Below are positions 19,870 to 30,640 of a stretch of DNA of 64,000 bases, piece by piece (within the stretch, counting starts at the first letter, position 1; every line of letters begins with the position of its first letter). Under the pieces are notes generated by a model. That model had not been told where the DNA came from. It saw only the letters and a list, made by a program, of their open reading frames with translations, and searched no databases. Origin of the DNA: Methanotrichaceae archaeon (GTDB lineage: Archaea; Halobacteriota; Methanosarcinia; Methanotrichales; Methanotrichaceae); assembly GCA_963748825.1 (NCBI GenBank), contig CAVVKN010000005.1, positions 27,182-91,181 of the forward strand. Direction: 5' to 3'. Both the position numbers and the translations under genes were made by a program.

Positions 19870-20202
19870 TCAACATGAGCTTTGCAGGCAAATCTCAGGT
19901 TTCACAATCAGTTTATCTGCATTACCAAGCAAGCGCTCGAACTTCTTTATCTGGTCTATTCCTCTTGGAGTCGCTCTATGAACAATCTTAGATCCTTCAG
20001 TAACAACTTCAATGAACCCTTCATCGATTAGAAGCAAATACGATATCACTTTCATAGAATTCGGGCTGGATTGATGCATAATCCTCGTCTTACTCGCACC
20101 GTTTGCGCATGTCTTAAGAATCCGTGATGCAACCAGATCGTTGGCTTTTGTTTTTGATCTCGTGTTCTTTCCCTCCTGCAAGTTATAATCACGAAAATTC
20201 AA
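19870..20202 (-). CDS. winged-helix transcription regulator (possibly degenerate)
   Basis: ILKTCANGASKTRIM...YLLLIDEGFI...TPRG. Confidence 0.65.
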   Translation of the reverse strand: MNFRDYNLQEGKNTRSKTKANDLVASRILKTCANGASKTRIMHQSSPNSMKVISYLLLIDEGFIEVVTEGSKIVHRATPRGIDQIKKFERLLGNADKLIVKPEICLQSSC

Positions 20203-20917
20203 TCGTCCGAGATAGGCTTCTTCAAATCCGAAATATCTTCATTCATGGCTGAGGCCATGTTCATGAAGGCCATTAGGATGCAAGCGGCCATTATTGCGAG
20301 CAGATATTTCGTAACCCATCTCATAGATCATAGTACACTCTTTAAGAATCATATAGACGATTACGTATAGATCTGACTATAATACTGGACTGATCCTATC
20401 GAAACTATTTTACTTAACACTGATTAGTACTTTTGTAAGGTGGTCCACGAAGATTCGCCTCTGAGTTGTAATAATACTATTCAAGCGGCAGAGGATTATG
20501 CATCTACGCGGCGGGGGCTCCAAGCCCCTCTGCCTTGCTCTCCCTGGCCAGCTCCCGGGCTCTGAAGCAGACCTCCAGGGAGGCCGCCATCTAGCTCTAT
20601 GCGCGGCGCTGGACACTCACCTGCAGAAGATTACCGAGCTGGCTAACCCTGGTGTTCTGCATCTACAGCGAGCCGTTGAAAGGCCGGGCGAAGCTAGAGG
20701 CGAGGATGCCGGGAGAGCAGAGGACGCTGGAGCGTACTCGTGAGGTAGCGATAGACAAGCACTGGAGGACCTCTGAATCTGATGGGGTTTTCTTCAATCG
20801 CCAGAGAGATCTATAAACAAAAAGTTTTAAGAAGAATCGCATACAAAATCAGCTTGTCCATCCGTGGGCTAATGCAATCAAAATCTTGTACCTAAAGGGG
20901 GTAAGAAGACGAATCAT

Positions 20918-22858
20918 TTGATTCTAATGGGCATAGCAGTTGTCATATCTGTGGCCACAGCAACCGTTCTGGTTGCTCCCATAGAAGCTGCACAGCCTTT
21001 GAACGGCTCAGAAAATAACACATCCCTAAACCTTGATCCGAGCAAGATCACCACAACATGGAATCTATCATTTCTCTATAAGGACAAGTACACTGCCAAG
21101 GCAGAGTATGAACGGCTGAATATGACAGTAAATGAGATCAACCAGACCTTCCGGCCAAGGTTCAGCAATCTCACCGGAACAACCTTGCTTGATTATATCC
21201 AAAGCGATGAAAATTACTCAAAATCATTCAATGTTCTATATGCATATGCAAATGCGCAGAACAGCCTGGATGTTAATGACTTATTCTTCCAGGAATTCCT
21301 CTCAGACGTCCAGAATCTCTCTACAGAATATGTAAAGGCCAACTCCTTTGCCGATGTATTGCTGAAATCGCTTCCAAGATCAAAGTGGGACAAGCTATTT
21401 GCTGAGGAGCCGCGATTGGAAAAATACCGCTCCTATCTTGAGGCCAACTACATCCGATTTGTGGATCATCGCCCTAAGAATGAGACACATGCCGCATATC
21501 TAGCAGACCTCTCAAATCAGCTCATGAAACTTGATACCAACGCCGAGAAGCGGATCACCAATAATGTAACCCAAGCAGGGAACATAACTCTCGAAAACGG
21601 CGAGCAATACGCCGTTAACTTCTCATCTTACTATGATCTTCTCATGACCAATATAGATAGGAATGATCGGAAGAAATGCTACGATAAACGTTATTACCAT
21701 CTTTTCAATGAATCGAATGAAATGGGAGAGATCTATGTCATCAAATCAAAGCTCGATGATAAGTATGCGAGAGAGTTGAACTACTCAGATGCTTATGATG
21801 CCATGATGTTCGGCTCATATCTCAATGCATCACAGATTGATGAGATGAACCAGGTACTCAAGGAGCGAAGAGGGGATTTCGATAGATATTATGAGTTCCG
21901 CACGGCCAAGATGGGTATCCGAGAGCTCGCACCCTATGACCTCTTCCTTCAGCTTATGAAGAATCCTGACAAGAAAACCAACTATACAGATGCCGTTGAG
22001 GAGATATACACATCACTTGCGTTGATGGACCCGGCATTCGATAAGGCGTTTATAAAGACAGTCACCAGCAATTCAATTGATGTTTATCCGAATCCCGATC
22101 ATGGAAAACAGTCCATACAATATGCTCAGGATCTATGTGCTCTGAAGCGCCCAGCGCTCGTATTCCTGAACTATAAAGGGCTGATAGATGACAAATCCAC
22201 TATAGCTCATGAGATGGGCCATGCAATCGACTTCTATATCATGGGTCAGTCGCTGGATTACATCTACTGCGGTGGCACCATTTATGAGATGGAGATACCA
22301 TCCACATTCAACGAGGAGCTCTTCATGGATTATGCAATCAAGAATTACGACAGAGATACCGCCATTGCAGTCTTGGCAAGTCATATCTACAATTATGCCA
22401 GAACAATGCCTCGCCAAGCCATGATCACTGAGTTTGAACATAAGGCCCATCAGCTTGTCAGTCAGAAGGGAAACGTCAGTGGCTCAGATATGAATGCTCT
22501 TTGGGACAGCATTGCAAATGAATATAAGAGCGATAAAGTTGCCTACTACTCTAGGATTGAGCCTGAGTGGCCTTATATTAGCCATATCTACTTCACCGAT
22601 AATTATTACACATTCAACTATGCTCTCTCGGAGGCTATAACACTGTCACTCTTCAAGATATACAAGGAGAATCCGGAGGAGTTCAATAAGAACTATGTCG
22701 CATACCTATCTGCAGGCACAACTATGACTCCGCCAGAGAAGCTCAAGAAATACTTCGGATTGGAGATCAACAGAAAGCTCTTCGAGGACGCCATGGACAT
22801 AGTGAAGCTCAGGGTAAATCAGCTGGAGGAACTGAACAACGAGACAAAATCAAATTAG
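20918..22858 (+). CDS. secreted M3B oligoendopeptidase F-like peptidase
   Basis: HEMGH, EIPSTFNE, SHIY...YYTFNYA; N-terminal signal peptide. Confidence 0.9.
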   Translation: MILMGIAVVISVATATVLVAPIEAAQPLNGSENNTSLNLDPSKITTTWNLSFLYKDKYTAKAEYERLNMTVNEINQTFRPRFSNLTGTTLLDYIQSDENYSKSFNVLYAYANAQNSLDVNDLFFQEFLSDVQNLSTEYVKANSFADVLLKSLPRSKWDKLFAEEPRLEKYRSYLEANYIRFVDHRPKNETHAAYLADLSNQLMKLDTNAEKRITNNVTQAGNITLENGEQYAVNFSSYYDLLMTNIDRNDRKKCYDKRYYHLFNESNEMGEIYVIKSKLDDKYARELNYSDAYDAMMFGSYLNASQIDEMNQVLKERRGDFDRYYEFRTAKMGIRELAPYDLFLQLMKNPDKKTNYTDAVEEIYTSLALMDPAFDKAFIKTVTSNSIDVYPNPDHGKQSIQYAQDLCALKRPALVFLNYKGLIDDKSTIAHEMGHAIDFYIMGQSLDYIYCGGTIYEMEIPSTFNEELFMDYAIKNYDRDTAIAVLASHIYNYARTMPRQAMITEFEHKAHQLVSQKGNVSGSDMNALWDSIANEYKSDKVAYYSRIEPEWPYISHIYFTDNYYTFNYALSEAITLSLFKIYKENPEEFNKNYVAYLSAGTTMTPPEKLKKYFGLEINRKLFEDAMDIVKLRVNQLEELNNETKSN

Positions 22859-23063
22859 CGTATACTATTCGGATGTATTTTATCTCGGCGGGGATGAGTA
22901 TGGGGGCGTCCCAGGAAAGACAGAGATAACTTGGTTGGCAGGGCAGGCCGGCAAGCTATAGAGCAAGAAGATCTGTAGCGTGAGTCGCAGAAGTGGACGC
23001 GCAGGAAAGCGACGTTGGCCAGATTTGCGCAATGAATCGAAGAAGCTGAAAGGAGAGAATAAA

Positions 23064-23411
23064 ATGAGTGATGAAGCGGTTAAAGCAAGCATTTGCCCTG
23101 GTATGGGTGTGTGCCATTTGGAAACGGGCGTGCAGGCAATCATCCCCATGCAGATAGAGCCAGAAAAGATCGTGGAGGCACTAGATGCCATTCTAAACGC
23201 CATTAAGAACAATATCGCAGAGGGCATTGGTTGTTACCAAATAGCATGTATGATGTCGAACGACGTCGGCGCGATGTTGGTCGTAAGCACCGATACCGAG
23301 GAAGGTATGCCCGAAGCTCTTGACTCATTCCAAGCTGCGGCAAAGGCGTTTGCAGAGGGAGCGGGCAACGCAAAAGCTCAATGGGAAATGCAGAACAAGG
23401 ACGTTACTTAG
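23064..23411 (+). CDS. hypothetical protein
   Basis: ORF preceded by RBS-like AGGAGAG. Confidence 0.55.
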   Translation: MSDEAVKASICPGMGVCHLETGVQAIIPMQIEPEKIVEALDAILNAIKNNIAEGIGCYQIACMMSNDVGAMLVVSTDTEEGMPEALDSFQAAAKAFAEGAGNAKAQWEMQNKDVT

Positions 23412-23455
23412 GCCCGCAAGATAATCTAGTAAATTCTTTTTTTGTGCCTAAACAG

Positions 23456-23699
23456 GGAAGCAGAGTACAACAAGAAGAAGTTTCCCGGTCTCGTCCACAG
23501 AGTCAAAGCCCCTAAAGCTGCTTTTCTCATATTCACTTACGGCAAGGTAGTATGCACCGGGTCCAAGAACGTCGAGGATGTTCGCACGGTTATCACCAAC
23601 CTGGCCAAGACGCTCAAGTCCATCGGCTTCGAGAATATCAATATGGAGCCCGAGATCCAAATTCAGAATGTTGTGGCTTCTTACGACCTGAAGACCCGT
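23456..23699 (+). pseudogene. tbp: TATA-binding protein fragment (truncated at both ends)
   Basis: [34 protein letters not shown]...[11 protein letters not shown]. Confidence 0.9.
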
Positions 23700-24524
23700 G
23701 TCAACTACCACGCCCTGAAGGACGTGGCTTGCGACTACGTAAAAAGTCGTGTCGCGTCTGGCGGGCTGACTAAACCGCCCTGAGACTCAAGGATATACCT
23801 CAAGTCTCGTGTTCGGTGCTCAATATTCATTGCACCAACTCTATCGGCATGGGTCTCATAACCGCATTTTTCGCATCGGAAGGATATGCCCTTCCGGTTA
23901 TTTCGGCTGATGTGGTTACATCTTGGGCAGGTTTGGGAAGTAAATTCAGGATTCACGTAGATTACAGCTATCCCGGCTTCTTTGGCTTTGTATTCCACAA
24001 AGCCTTGTAGCTGTCGAAATGCCCAACTGGAATGCTCCTACCTAAACTCTTTTGATACTTTGCTTTCCGTTCTCTTCCTAATACCTGTCAAATCTTCCAT
24101 ACCGATCACCGAGACTTCATTTTGCATTGCGAACTGAACGAGTTTTTTAGATACATTATGATTTATGGCAGTCATAAACCGTGTCTCTCGATCAGATAAC
24201 TTCTGTAGAAGTCTCATGCTAGATCGAGTGCCCAAATAGCGACCGCCCGCCTTCTGAAGTCTCCGGCGTTCCTTGGATCTAATGTTTCGGTGATTTTTAA
24301 TCTCGCCGCCTGCAAAGAATTTACATTCCTTGTCAGTCGTCGAGGCAACAGCTAGACAATTAATACCGACATCAACGCCCATGAAGGTAGTTGCATCAAC
24401 TATATTCTTGTCTGGAATATCCTTCTCACAGGCCAGATGGAAAAAGTAATCTCCGTCTTTGTGTAAACAAAGCTTGGACGCCAGATACTTCCAAGATCCG
24501 TCTAGGTATTTCTGAGCGTACTGG
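23700..24524 (-). mobile_element. tnpB: IS605/IS1341-type element: right end plus truncated tnpB
   Basis: RuvC motifs GVDVG, MEDL, ADRVGAMNI; TSQTCPRC...CEKCG finger; in-frame TAG at 24038-24040; right end CAAGCCACGTCCTTCAGGGCGTGGTAGTTGAC ends at 23700. Confidence 0.9.
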
Positions 24525-25860
24525 TAACTTGACTTACTCATATTAACTTTTCTTCCAGGGATTTTGGCACTCCAGATGCTAAGAATTGGCTCAATTCAAA
24601 ACCAAACACTATGCATTTTGGACATATTAATCTGAGGGCATATTTGGTTAGCATATATTCTATCCAATATCATTATTATTAGGCCTGAGCACAACTATAT
24701 TTGAATAAATATTTTCTGTCCCAAAGAGTCTCTTACGATTTATAATGAGATATCTTGGCACTATGCCTAGATATATATCTATCATTAATAAATTTAATTA
24801 GCTCTTTTTCACGATAATGTTTTCCTGGAAGATCATATTCCCGAGGATACACTGGAAGAGATGCAATTTGTGTCCAGAGTTCACCTCTTTCCGTATCTCT
24901 AACAAATATTCGAATCCATTGTGAGGATGGAATCTGCGTCGCGATATCCTCAACAAGGACTGCAGAAGGTTCTCCATCCAATACCACGGTCTTGGTAGGA
25001 CAGCGTCCATGGCGAGATTTTCTTTCCGGAATACCGATTTTAGGCTGTTTTAGCCAGACCCACGTATCGCGATGAATATCTGCGATGTAGATTATTCCTT
25101 CTGCATCCAGATCATTTCGAAGCCAAGGCAAATCACCATAGGCTGAATCCATGCCAACCCAGCCAAACGGCACTCCGTTATCTCTGGCATGAAGAATCAT
25201 CTCTTTGGCAAGCTGAGCCTTATTTTTAAAGGTAACTTCATCAGGTACTCCTGCTTCTCTTCGGCGAAAGAGATCTTCTGCCCATTTTTTCGGCAAGTAC
25301 AGACGCTCATCGATCAGAGTTCGGTTTCTTCCATTGACATATCCTAGAAAAACTCCGACCTGACAGTTATCAACTTTTCCCAATCTCCCGCAATACTGGC
25401 GAGTCACACCTACTGAATTTTCGCCCTGCTTCGGGAAGCAGGATTCGTCGATGTGAATGGAACCATTGATTTCGTTGCCAATCAACTTCGTTACGTCTTT
25501 TTGGATTTGATTCAAAATGAGATCATCTCTCCAGTGAGATTTTGAGATCATGTGTTGGAGAGATTGTTTGCTTGAGCCAGGGACTACTTGGGCGTATTTG
25601 CTCATATTTCCTCGTCCTCTCTCTAGAAATATACCACTTATGTATTGAAATACTCTATGGTCAATAGATCTGGTAGAGGTACGACAAAATATTTTATATT
25701 CGATTTTCAATCTCTTCAAAGTGCGACGAACCATTCGCAATTTTGCTTGCGAGAATTCAGGATTCAATTTCAGAATCATACCCCATTTTTTATATTATAG
25801 GGGCGTTATAGTAAATATAATTAATTAGTAATAGTAACTGAATGTGAGGTAGTCAAGTTA
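24525..25860 (-). mobile_element. IS701-family element
   Basis: Imperfect IRs taacttgacttactcatatt (24525) and aatgtgaggtagtcaagtta (ending 25860). Confidence 0.8.
24733..25779 (-). pseudogene. IS701 transposase, apparently internally deleted
   Basis: IDESCFPKQG, SVGVTRQYCGRLGKVDNCQ, MDSAYG; no RWxIE-type third catalytic motif visible. Confidence 0.75.
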
Positions 25861-25952
25861 GTGATGTCCTCATGATCTTCGAGAAATATGGATTGAAACG
25901 GCGGCGCGCACCCACGCAGCCTGCAACTTGGAAGTTATTACCGGTAATCAAC

Positions 25953-26747
25953 TCAAAGCACGTCCCTTACCCGGTCGTAGCTGAAGACCGGCCCGTCCTG
26001 GCAGGTATGATAGGGGCCGATGGCGCAATGCTCGCATTTGCCCACGCCGCACTTCATGTGACGCTCTAGGGAGACGTAAATATCAGCCCGGTGAAATCCT
26101 CGATCCATGAGTTTCCCGGCCACGGCGTTTATCATCACCGGCGGGCCGCAGATGGCCGCAGAGCCGGGGGCCACGTCGAAGCTGTCGATGAGACTTGTGA
26201 CTAGGCCTACATTTCCCTTCCAGGACTCGTCGCCGATGTCCACCGTCACCGCCACCTCCATGTCAGCCCTCTGCCAGCTCTTGTACTCCTGCATGAAGTA
26301 GAGGTCCTGGCGGGTCCGTGCTCCGTATGCTACGGCCACTTTGCCGAACTCCTCCCGCCGGTCGGCAATGTAGTTGATCAGCGATCGAAGAGTGGCAAAT
26401 CCCGAGCCGCCACCGGCGATGACCACATCCCTCATCATCCGGTCCAATGGAAAGCCGTTCCCGTAAGGGCCGCGTATTCCGACTACATCTCCGACCAGAC
26501 AGTCCATGATCCCGCTCGTTACCTTTCCCGCCCTACGGATGCATAGCTGCAGGCTTCTTCTGGTAGGAGATGAGGCTATGGAGATGGGACATTCGCCCAG
26601 GCCGAAGACGGAGATCATCACGAACTGACCGGGCAGATATCTGAAGTCCGCTCCCTCTTCGAGGAGCTCCAGTGTGATTAGGTAGGTGTTTGGAGACTCT
26701 ATATCGATATCCACAATCTCTGCCTGCATGGGGATGTACTCGCTCAT
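25953..26747 (-). CDS. FAD/NAD(P)-binding subunit (sulfhydrogenase gamma/AsrB-like)
   Basis: PGQFVM, RGPYGNGF, AGGGSG, CGPPVM, MKCGVGKCEHC...CQDGPVF. Confidence 0.9.
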   Translation of the reverse strand: MSEYIPMQAEIVDIDIESPNTYLITLELLEEGADFRYLPGQFVMISVFGLGECPISIASSPTRRSLQLCIRRAGKVTSGIMDCLVGDVVGIRGPYGNGFPLDRMMRDVVIAGGGSGFATLRSLINYIADRREEFGKVAVAYGARTRQDLYFMQEYKSWQRADMEVAVTVDIGDESWKGNVGLVTSLIDSFDVAPGSAAICGPPVMINAVAGKLMDRGFHRADIYVSLERHMKCGVGKCEHCAIGPYHTCQDGPVFSYDRVRDVL

Positions 26748-27745
26748 CTTCTTACCTCCCGACGGCTCTCCACCGTTAGATTTACTCGATTTATGGCCGC
26801 AGGACAGGCTAGAATGCAGCGTCCACAGCCCACGCAGCCAGGAAGACCTATGATCTGCTCTATGTCCTCGAACTTGTCCTGGTACCAGTGATGCAGGCGC
26901 TGCCCTGGCGTGCGCCGGGGATTGGCTCCACCCGTCAGGCGGGAAAATCCGGATAAAAGGCAGGAATCCCGGCATCGCAGCCTCTCTCCGTCCGGAACGC
27001 CTAAGTCGAAGATGTTGAAGCAGTGGCAGACGGGGCAGACGAAGGTGCATCCCCCACAGCCCAAGCACTCTCGGCCCAGCGCCTCCCAGTCCGCTCTTTC
27101 CATGGCCGCCCTGATTTGAGCGCAAGATCGGTCCTGCGGCATGGACTCTCTTGCCTCCTGCAGGAGCCTGGCCTTCTCTTGAAGATGCGCCGATCCCGCA
27201 GGCTGCAGGAGATCTGCACCGGCATTAAGAATCAGAATGCCTGCTGGTGTCTCGGCCTCGCATAAAAATCCATCCCCGATATCGGTGAGCTGAATATCGC
27301 AGGGATCTCTTGCCTGCGGCCCTGCCCCAAACGCGGCGCAGAAGCACTCACTCCCAGGAGCGATGCAGTTTTGCACGACCAAGGCTGTGGCCCTTCGGCG
27401 GCGAAAGTAAGCCTGGTCAAGGGGCTTTTGGCCAAAGATCTTATCCAGTACAGCTATGGCGTGCAGATCGCAGGGCCGGATGCCAAACAGCAGCCGGGGA
27501 GGGATCTCCTCCTCTTCAAAGGTGTAACGCCCCGCTTCCTGGATGTAGCGAAAGAGCACCTCTTTATGGGGGAGCAGGAACTCTGTCGGCGGAGAGAGGG
27601 TTTTCGTCTTTAAATCAAGGGTTTGGCCCTGCCAGGTGGCAAAGACCGGCCCTGCTTCTGTTGCCACCGGTGCGATGACCTCAATTTGCCGGCTGAGAGC
27701 TTCCAGGAGGGGAATAAGCCTATCTCTCGGGAGGAAGGCCTTCAT
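26744..27745 (-). CDS. 4Fe-4S subunit (sulfhydrogenase beta/AsrA-like)
   Basis: GIRPCD, CLGCGGCTFVCPVCHCF, CVGCGRCILACP. Confidence 0.9.
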   Translation of the reverse strand: MKAFLPRDRLIPLLEALSRQIEVIAPVATEAGPVFATWQGQTLDLKTKTLSPPTEFLLPHKEVLFRYIQEAGRYTFEEEEIPPRLLFGIRPCDLHAIAVLDKIFGQKPLDQAYFRRRRATALVVQNCIAPGSECFCAAFGAGPQARDPCDIQLTDIGDGFLCEAETPAGILILNAGADLLQPAGSAHLQEKARLLQEARESMPQDRSCAQIRAAMERADWEALGRECLGCGGCTFVCPVCHCFNIFDLGVPDGERLRCRDSCLLSGFSRLTGGANPRRTPGQRLHHWYQDKFEDIEQIIGLPGCVGCGRCILACPAAINRVNLTVESRREVRR

Positions 27746-29775
27746 GATATCACCTTCTGCAGACGTGCTGCTGAGACCTTCAGCTCCGCAATCTTGGAAA
27801 CGGGATCAAGAGACTGGGCGGTTAGAGCATTGGCCGGTGCCTCGGAGAAGTGAATGGGCAGGAACAGATCTCCTTTGGGAAGGCCCTTCACCAGCCGCGC
27901 CTCCACGGTAACGCTGCCTCGCCGGGTCTCCACTCTGACCTTCATGCCTTCCCTAATACCCATGAGCCTTGCATCCTCGGGATTGATCTCTACAAAGGGA
28001 GCGGGAACCTCTCTATCCAGAAGAGAAGTCCTGCGAGTCATGGTCCCGGTATGAAAGTGGTAGAGGCTGCGTCCGGTGGTGAGCGTCAAGGGATAATCAG
28101 CATCAGGAGTCTCGGGAGGCTCGATGTACAGGACGGGGCGGAGACGAGCCCGGCCCTGCGAAAAGCCATCGACATGTAAAATGCTCGTTCCCGGATGATC
28201 TTTCGATGGGCACGGCCATTGCAGCCCCTCAGGCCCGAGGCGCTCATAGCTAATCCCTCCGTAACTGGGGGTAAGCGATGCAATCTCTCTCATGATGTCA
28301 CCAGGCGAAGAATAATCGGCTTTCAACCCTAGCCTTCGTGTCAGGTCAGAGATCCACTCCCACTCCGCTCTCGCATCACCCGGAGGGGCTACAGCCTGCC
28401 GGACGCGCTGCACCCGCCTCTCGGTTGAGGTGAATGTCCCGTCCTTCTCGGCAAAGCAGGCCGCAGGAAGGATCACATCAGCAAGAGCGGTGGTGTCAGT
28501 TGGGAAGATATCGCATACCAGCAGGAACTCCAACTCCTTCAGAGCTTTGAGGACGCGGGAGGAATGGGGGTAGCTTTGGACGGGATTCTCGCCAACGATT
28601 ATCAGGCCTTTGAGACTTCCTGCTTCTGCGGCCCAGAGCATCTCTAGAGCAGTGAGCCCCGGTTCCTCGGGAAGCGAGGCGCTCCAGGCTTCCTCAAATT
28701 TGGCACGGGCCTTGAGACTGGATACGGGGTTGTATCCGGAGAATACCGTTGGAAGAGCACCCATATCACATGCCCCCTGGACATTCTGGTGACCGCGCAG
28801 AGGATAGATGCCCGTCCCCTCCCGGCCTACATTTCCCGTGACCAGAGCGAGGTTGGCCAGGGCCTGGACAATATCTGTGCCTTGAGCATGCTGGGTAACC
28901 CCCATGGCATAGACGATTGCCGCACGCTCCGCTCCTCCAAAGATCGATGCCGCTTTGGAAATATCGGTCGCTGGAATTCCCGAGATCTCCTCTGCCTTGC
29001 TGGTGGTGTAGGCCCCCGCGGCCTGCAGCGTCTCTTCAGAGCCAACGGTGCGCTCTTCGATGAATTGCCAATCGATCATGTCCTGCTGCACAATGATATT
29101 CAGGAGAAAATTGATCCAGACTACATCTGTTCCCGGCCGGGGGGAGAGCCAGAGATCAGCCAGCTCCGCCAGGTGCGTTTTTCGTGGATCGGCAACAATG
29201 AGCTTTGCCCCTCTGGCCCGGGCCCGGAGGATGTAGGAGGCCACCAAGGGGTGCTGCTCGGTAGTGTTGGACCCGACAACCAGAATGGCATCGGAATTCT
29301 CCAGGCTGGAGATGGAACCTGTCATAGCGCCGCTTCCCAGAGCAAATCCCAGGCCGGCAACGGTTGGAGCGTGGCAGAGCCTGGCCACGTGGTCCACGTT
29401 GTTCGTCCCCAGCGCGCCGCGCCCCAGTTTCATGAGCAGGTAATTCTCCTCATTGGTTCCCTTGGCAGAGGTAAGAACGCCCAGAGCCTGCGGACCGTAC
29501 TCCTTTTGGATGCTTCGCAGGCTTGCCGCCGTCAGATCGAGGGCTTCATCCCAGGTGGCTTTGATCATTTGATCCCCCTGCCGGATCAGGGGATGGCTCA
29601 GCCTCTCCGGATGGCCCACGAAATCCCCAGCCAGCCAGCCCTTGATGCACAAACTGCCCCTGGACATAGGATGGGCGGGCGAAGGTGAGGCGCCCACGAT
29701 CCGGCCGCCATCCACATGCAGGAATAGCCCGCAACCGCAGCCGCAATAAACACAGGTTGTATGAACTTTCTCCAT
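27742..29775 (-). CDS. fdhA: formate dehydrogenase alpha subunit (Cys-type)
   Basis: CVYCGCGC, LCIKG, ARLCHAPT, PLRGHQNVQG, EKDGTFT. Confidence 0.92.
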   Translation of the reverse strand: MEKVHTTCVYCGCGCGLFLHVDGGRIVGASPSPAHPMSRGSLCIKGWLAGDFVGHPERLSHPLIRQGDQMIKATWDEALDLTAASLRSIQKEYGPQALGVLTSAKGTNEENYLLMKLGRGALGTNNVDHVARLCHAPTVAGLGFALGSGAMTGSISSLENSDAILVVGSNTTEQHPLVASYILRARARGAKLIVADPRKTHLAELADLWLSPRPGTDVVWINFLLNIIVQQDMIDWQFIEERTVGSEETLQAAGAYTTSKAEEISGIPATDISKAASIFGGAERAAIVYAMGVTQHAQGTDIVQALANLALVTGNVGREGTGIYPLRGHQNVQGACDMGALPTVFSGYNPVSSLKARAKFEEAWSASLPEEPGLTALEMLWAAEAGSLKGLIIVGENPVQSYPHSSRVLKALKELEFLLVCDIFPTDTTALADVILPAACFAEKDGTFTSTERRVQRVRQAVAPPGDARAEWEWISDLTRRLGLKADYSSPGDIMREIASLTPSYGGISYERLGPEGLQWPCPSKDHPGTSILHVDGFSQGRARLRPVLYIEPPETPDADYPLTLTTGRSLYHFHTGTMTRRTSLLDREVPAPFVEINPEDARLMGIREGMKVRVETRRGSVTVEARLVKGLPKGDLFLPIHFSEAPANALTAQSLDPVSKIAELKVSAARLQKVIS

Positions 29776-30040
29776 GATTTTTCAGGTTAGAACTGCATGG
29801 CAGGATATAACAACGTTTTGGCACTTTGGCTCTCCTCGGAAGAGAACCTATATCCTTCAGCCCTTCCACTAATTCGTGAACAGGACGGGGCTCATGTTCA
29901 AAGAATGAAAAAACACTATGTGGCTCAGTTTTTTCATAAGAATGTGAGATCGGTGGTGGCCTCGGTATATCCGGCCAATCTGTTTGCACGGTGAAAGCCC
30001 TCAAAAGAAGAACCAGGGACGATGACATGGAGATGCTACC

Positions 30041-30517
30041 TTAATCTGTCATTATCTCCCCGAAGGTTTGGGAGATCCACTCCCTTATCTCGTCTCTGAC
30101 CTGCCGGAAGGCCTCAAGCTGTTCCTCCTCTGACCCCGAAGCAGCTGCTGGGTCGGCAAAGCTTTTGTGAATGACCTCTTTTGCTCGGGGAGACTTGCTG
30201 GGAAGCTGCAGCTGTGTGCTACAGATGGGGCAGGCCTGTTTCGCCCGGTCGCAGACTGTGACCGCCAGGTTAAATACGGTATCCTGAAATTCGTGGGACG
30301 ATTTGGAGCGCTGAGCGGAGATGTCAATGCCGATTTCCAACATGGCCAGCACAGCACGAGGGTCGACTGAGGTGGCCATGACGCCGGCGCTGTAGGCCTC
30401 GTATCGATCACCGTGCATGGCCCTCAAGAGGCCCTCTGCCATCTGGGAGCGAGCGGAGTTGTGAGTGCAGAGAAAGAGAACCTTCTTTTTTTCCAGATCT
30501 CCTGGGGTTGATGTCAT
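30041..30517 (-). CDS. arsC: arsenate reductase (LMW-PTP type)
   Basis: FLCTHNSARSQMAEG, TVCD...ACP, FADP. Confidence 0.9.
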   Translation of the reverse strand: MTSTPGDLEKKKVLFLCTHNSARSQMAEGLLRAMHGDRYEAYSAGVMATSVDPRAVLAMLEIGIDISAQRSKSSHEFQDTVFNLAVTVCDRAKQACPICSTQLQLPSKSPRAKEVIHKSFADPAAASGSEEEQLEAFRQVRDEIREWISQTFGEIMTD

Positions 30518-30640
30518 CTTATGTCTCAATGCTCATCTAATGCTCATCATAATAGATCAGCATTTTGATTGGTCAAGGAGCCTTGAGAATTCCAATGGCA
30601 ATTTTTCTGACAACCCAGACGGCTTTCATTTCTGTCCTTG

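Noticed and set aside
20480-20780. GC-rich stretch with an 81-aa ORF
   Set aside because: No recognisable motif in the frames examined; probably decayed sequence.
24038-24040. In-frame TAG in tnpB as pyrrolysine read-through
   Set aside because: The gene is also truncated by IS701 and no pyl genes are in the window; a simple nonsense mutation is more likely.
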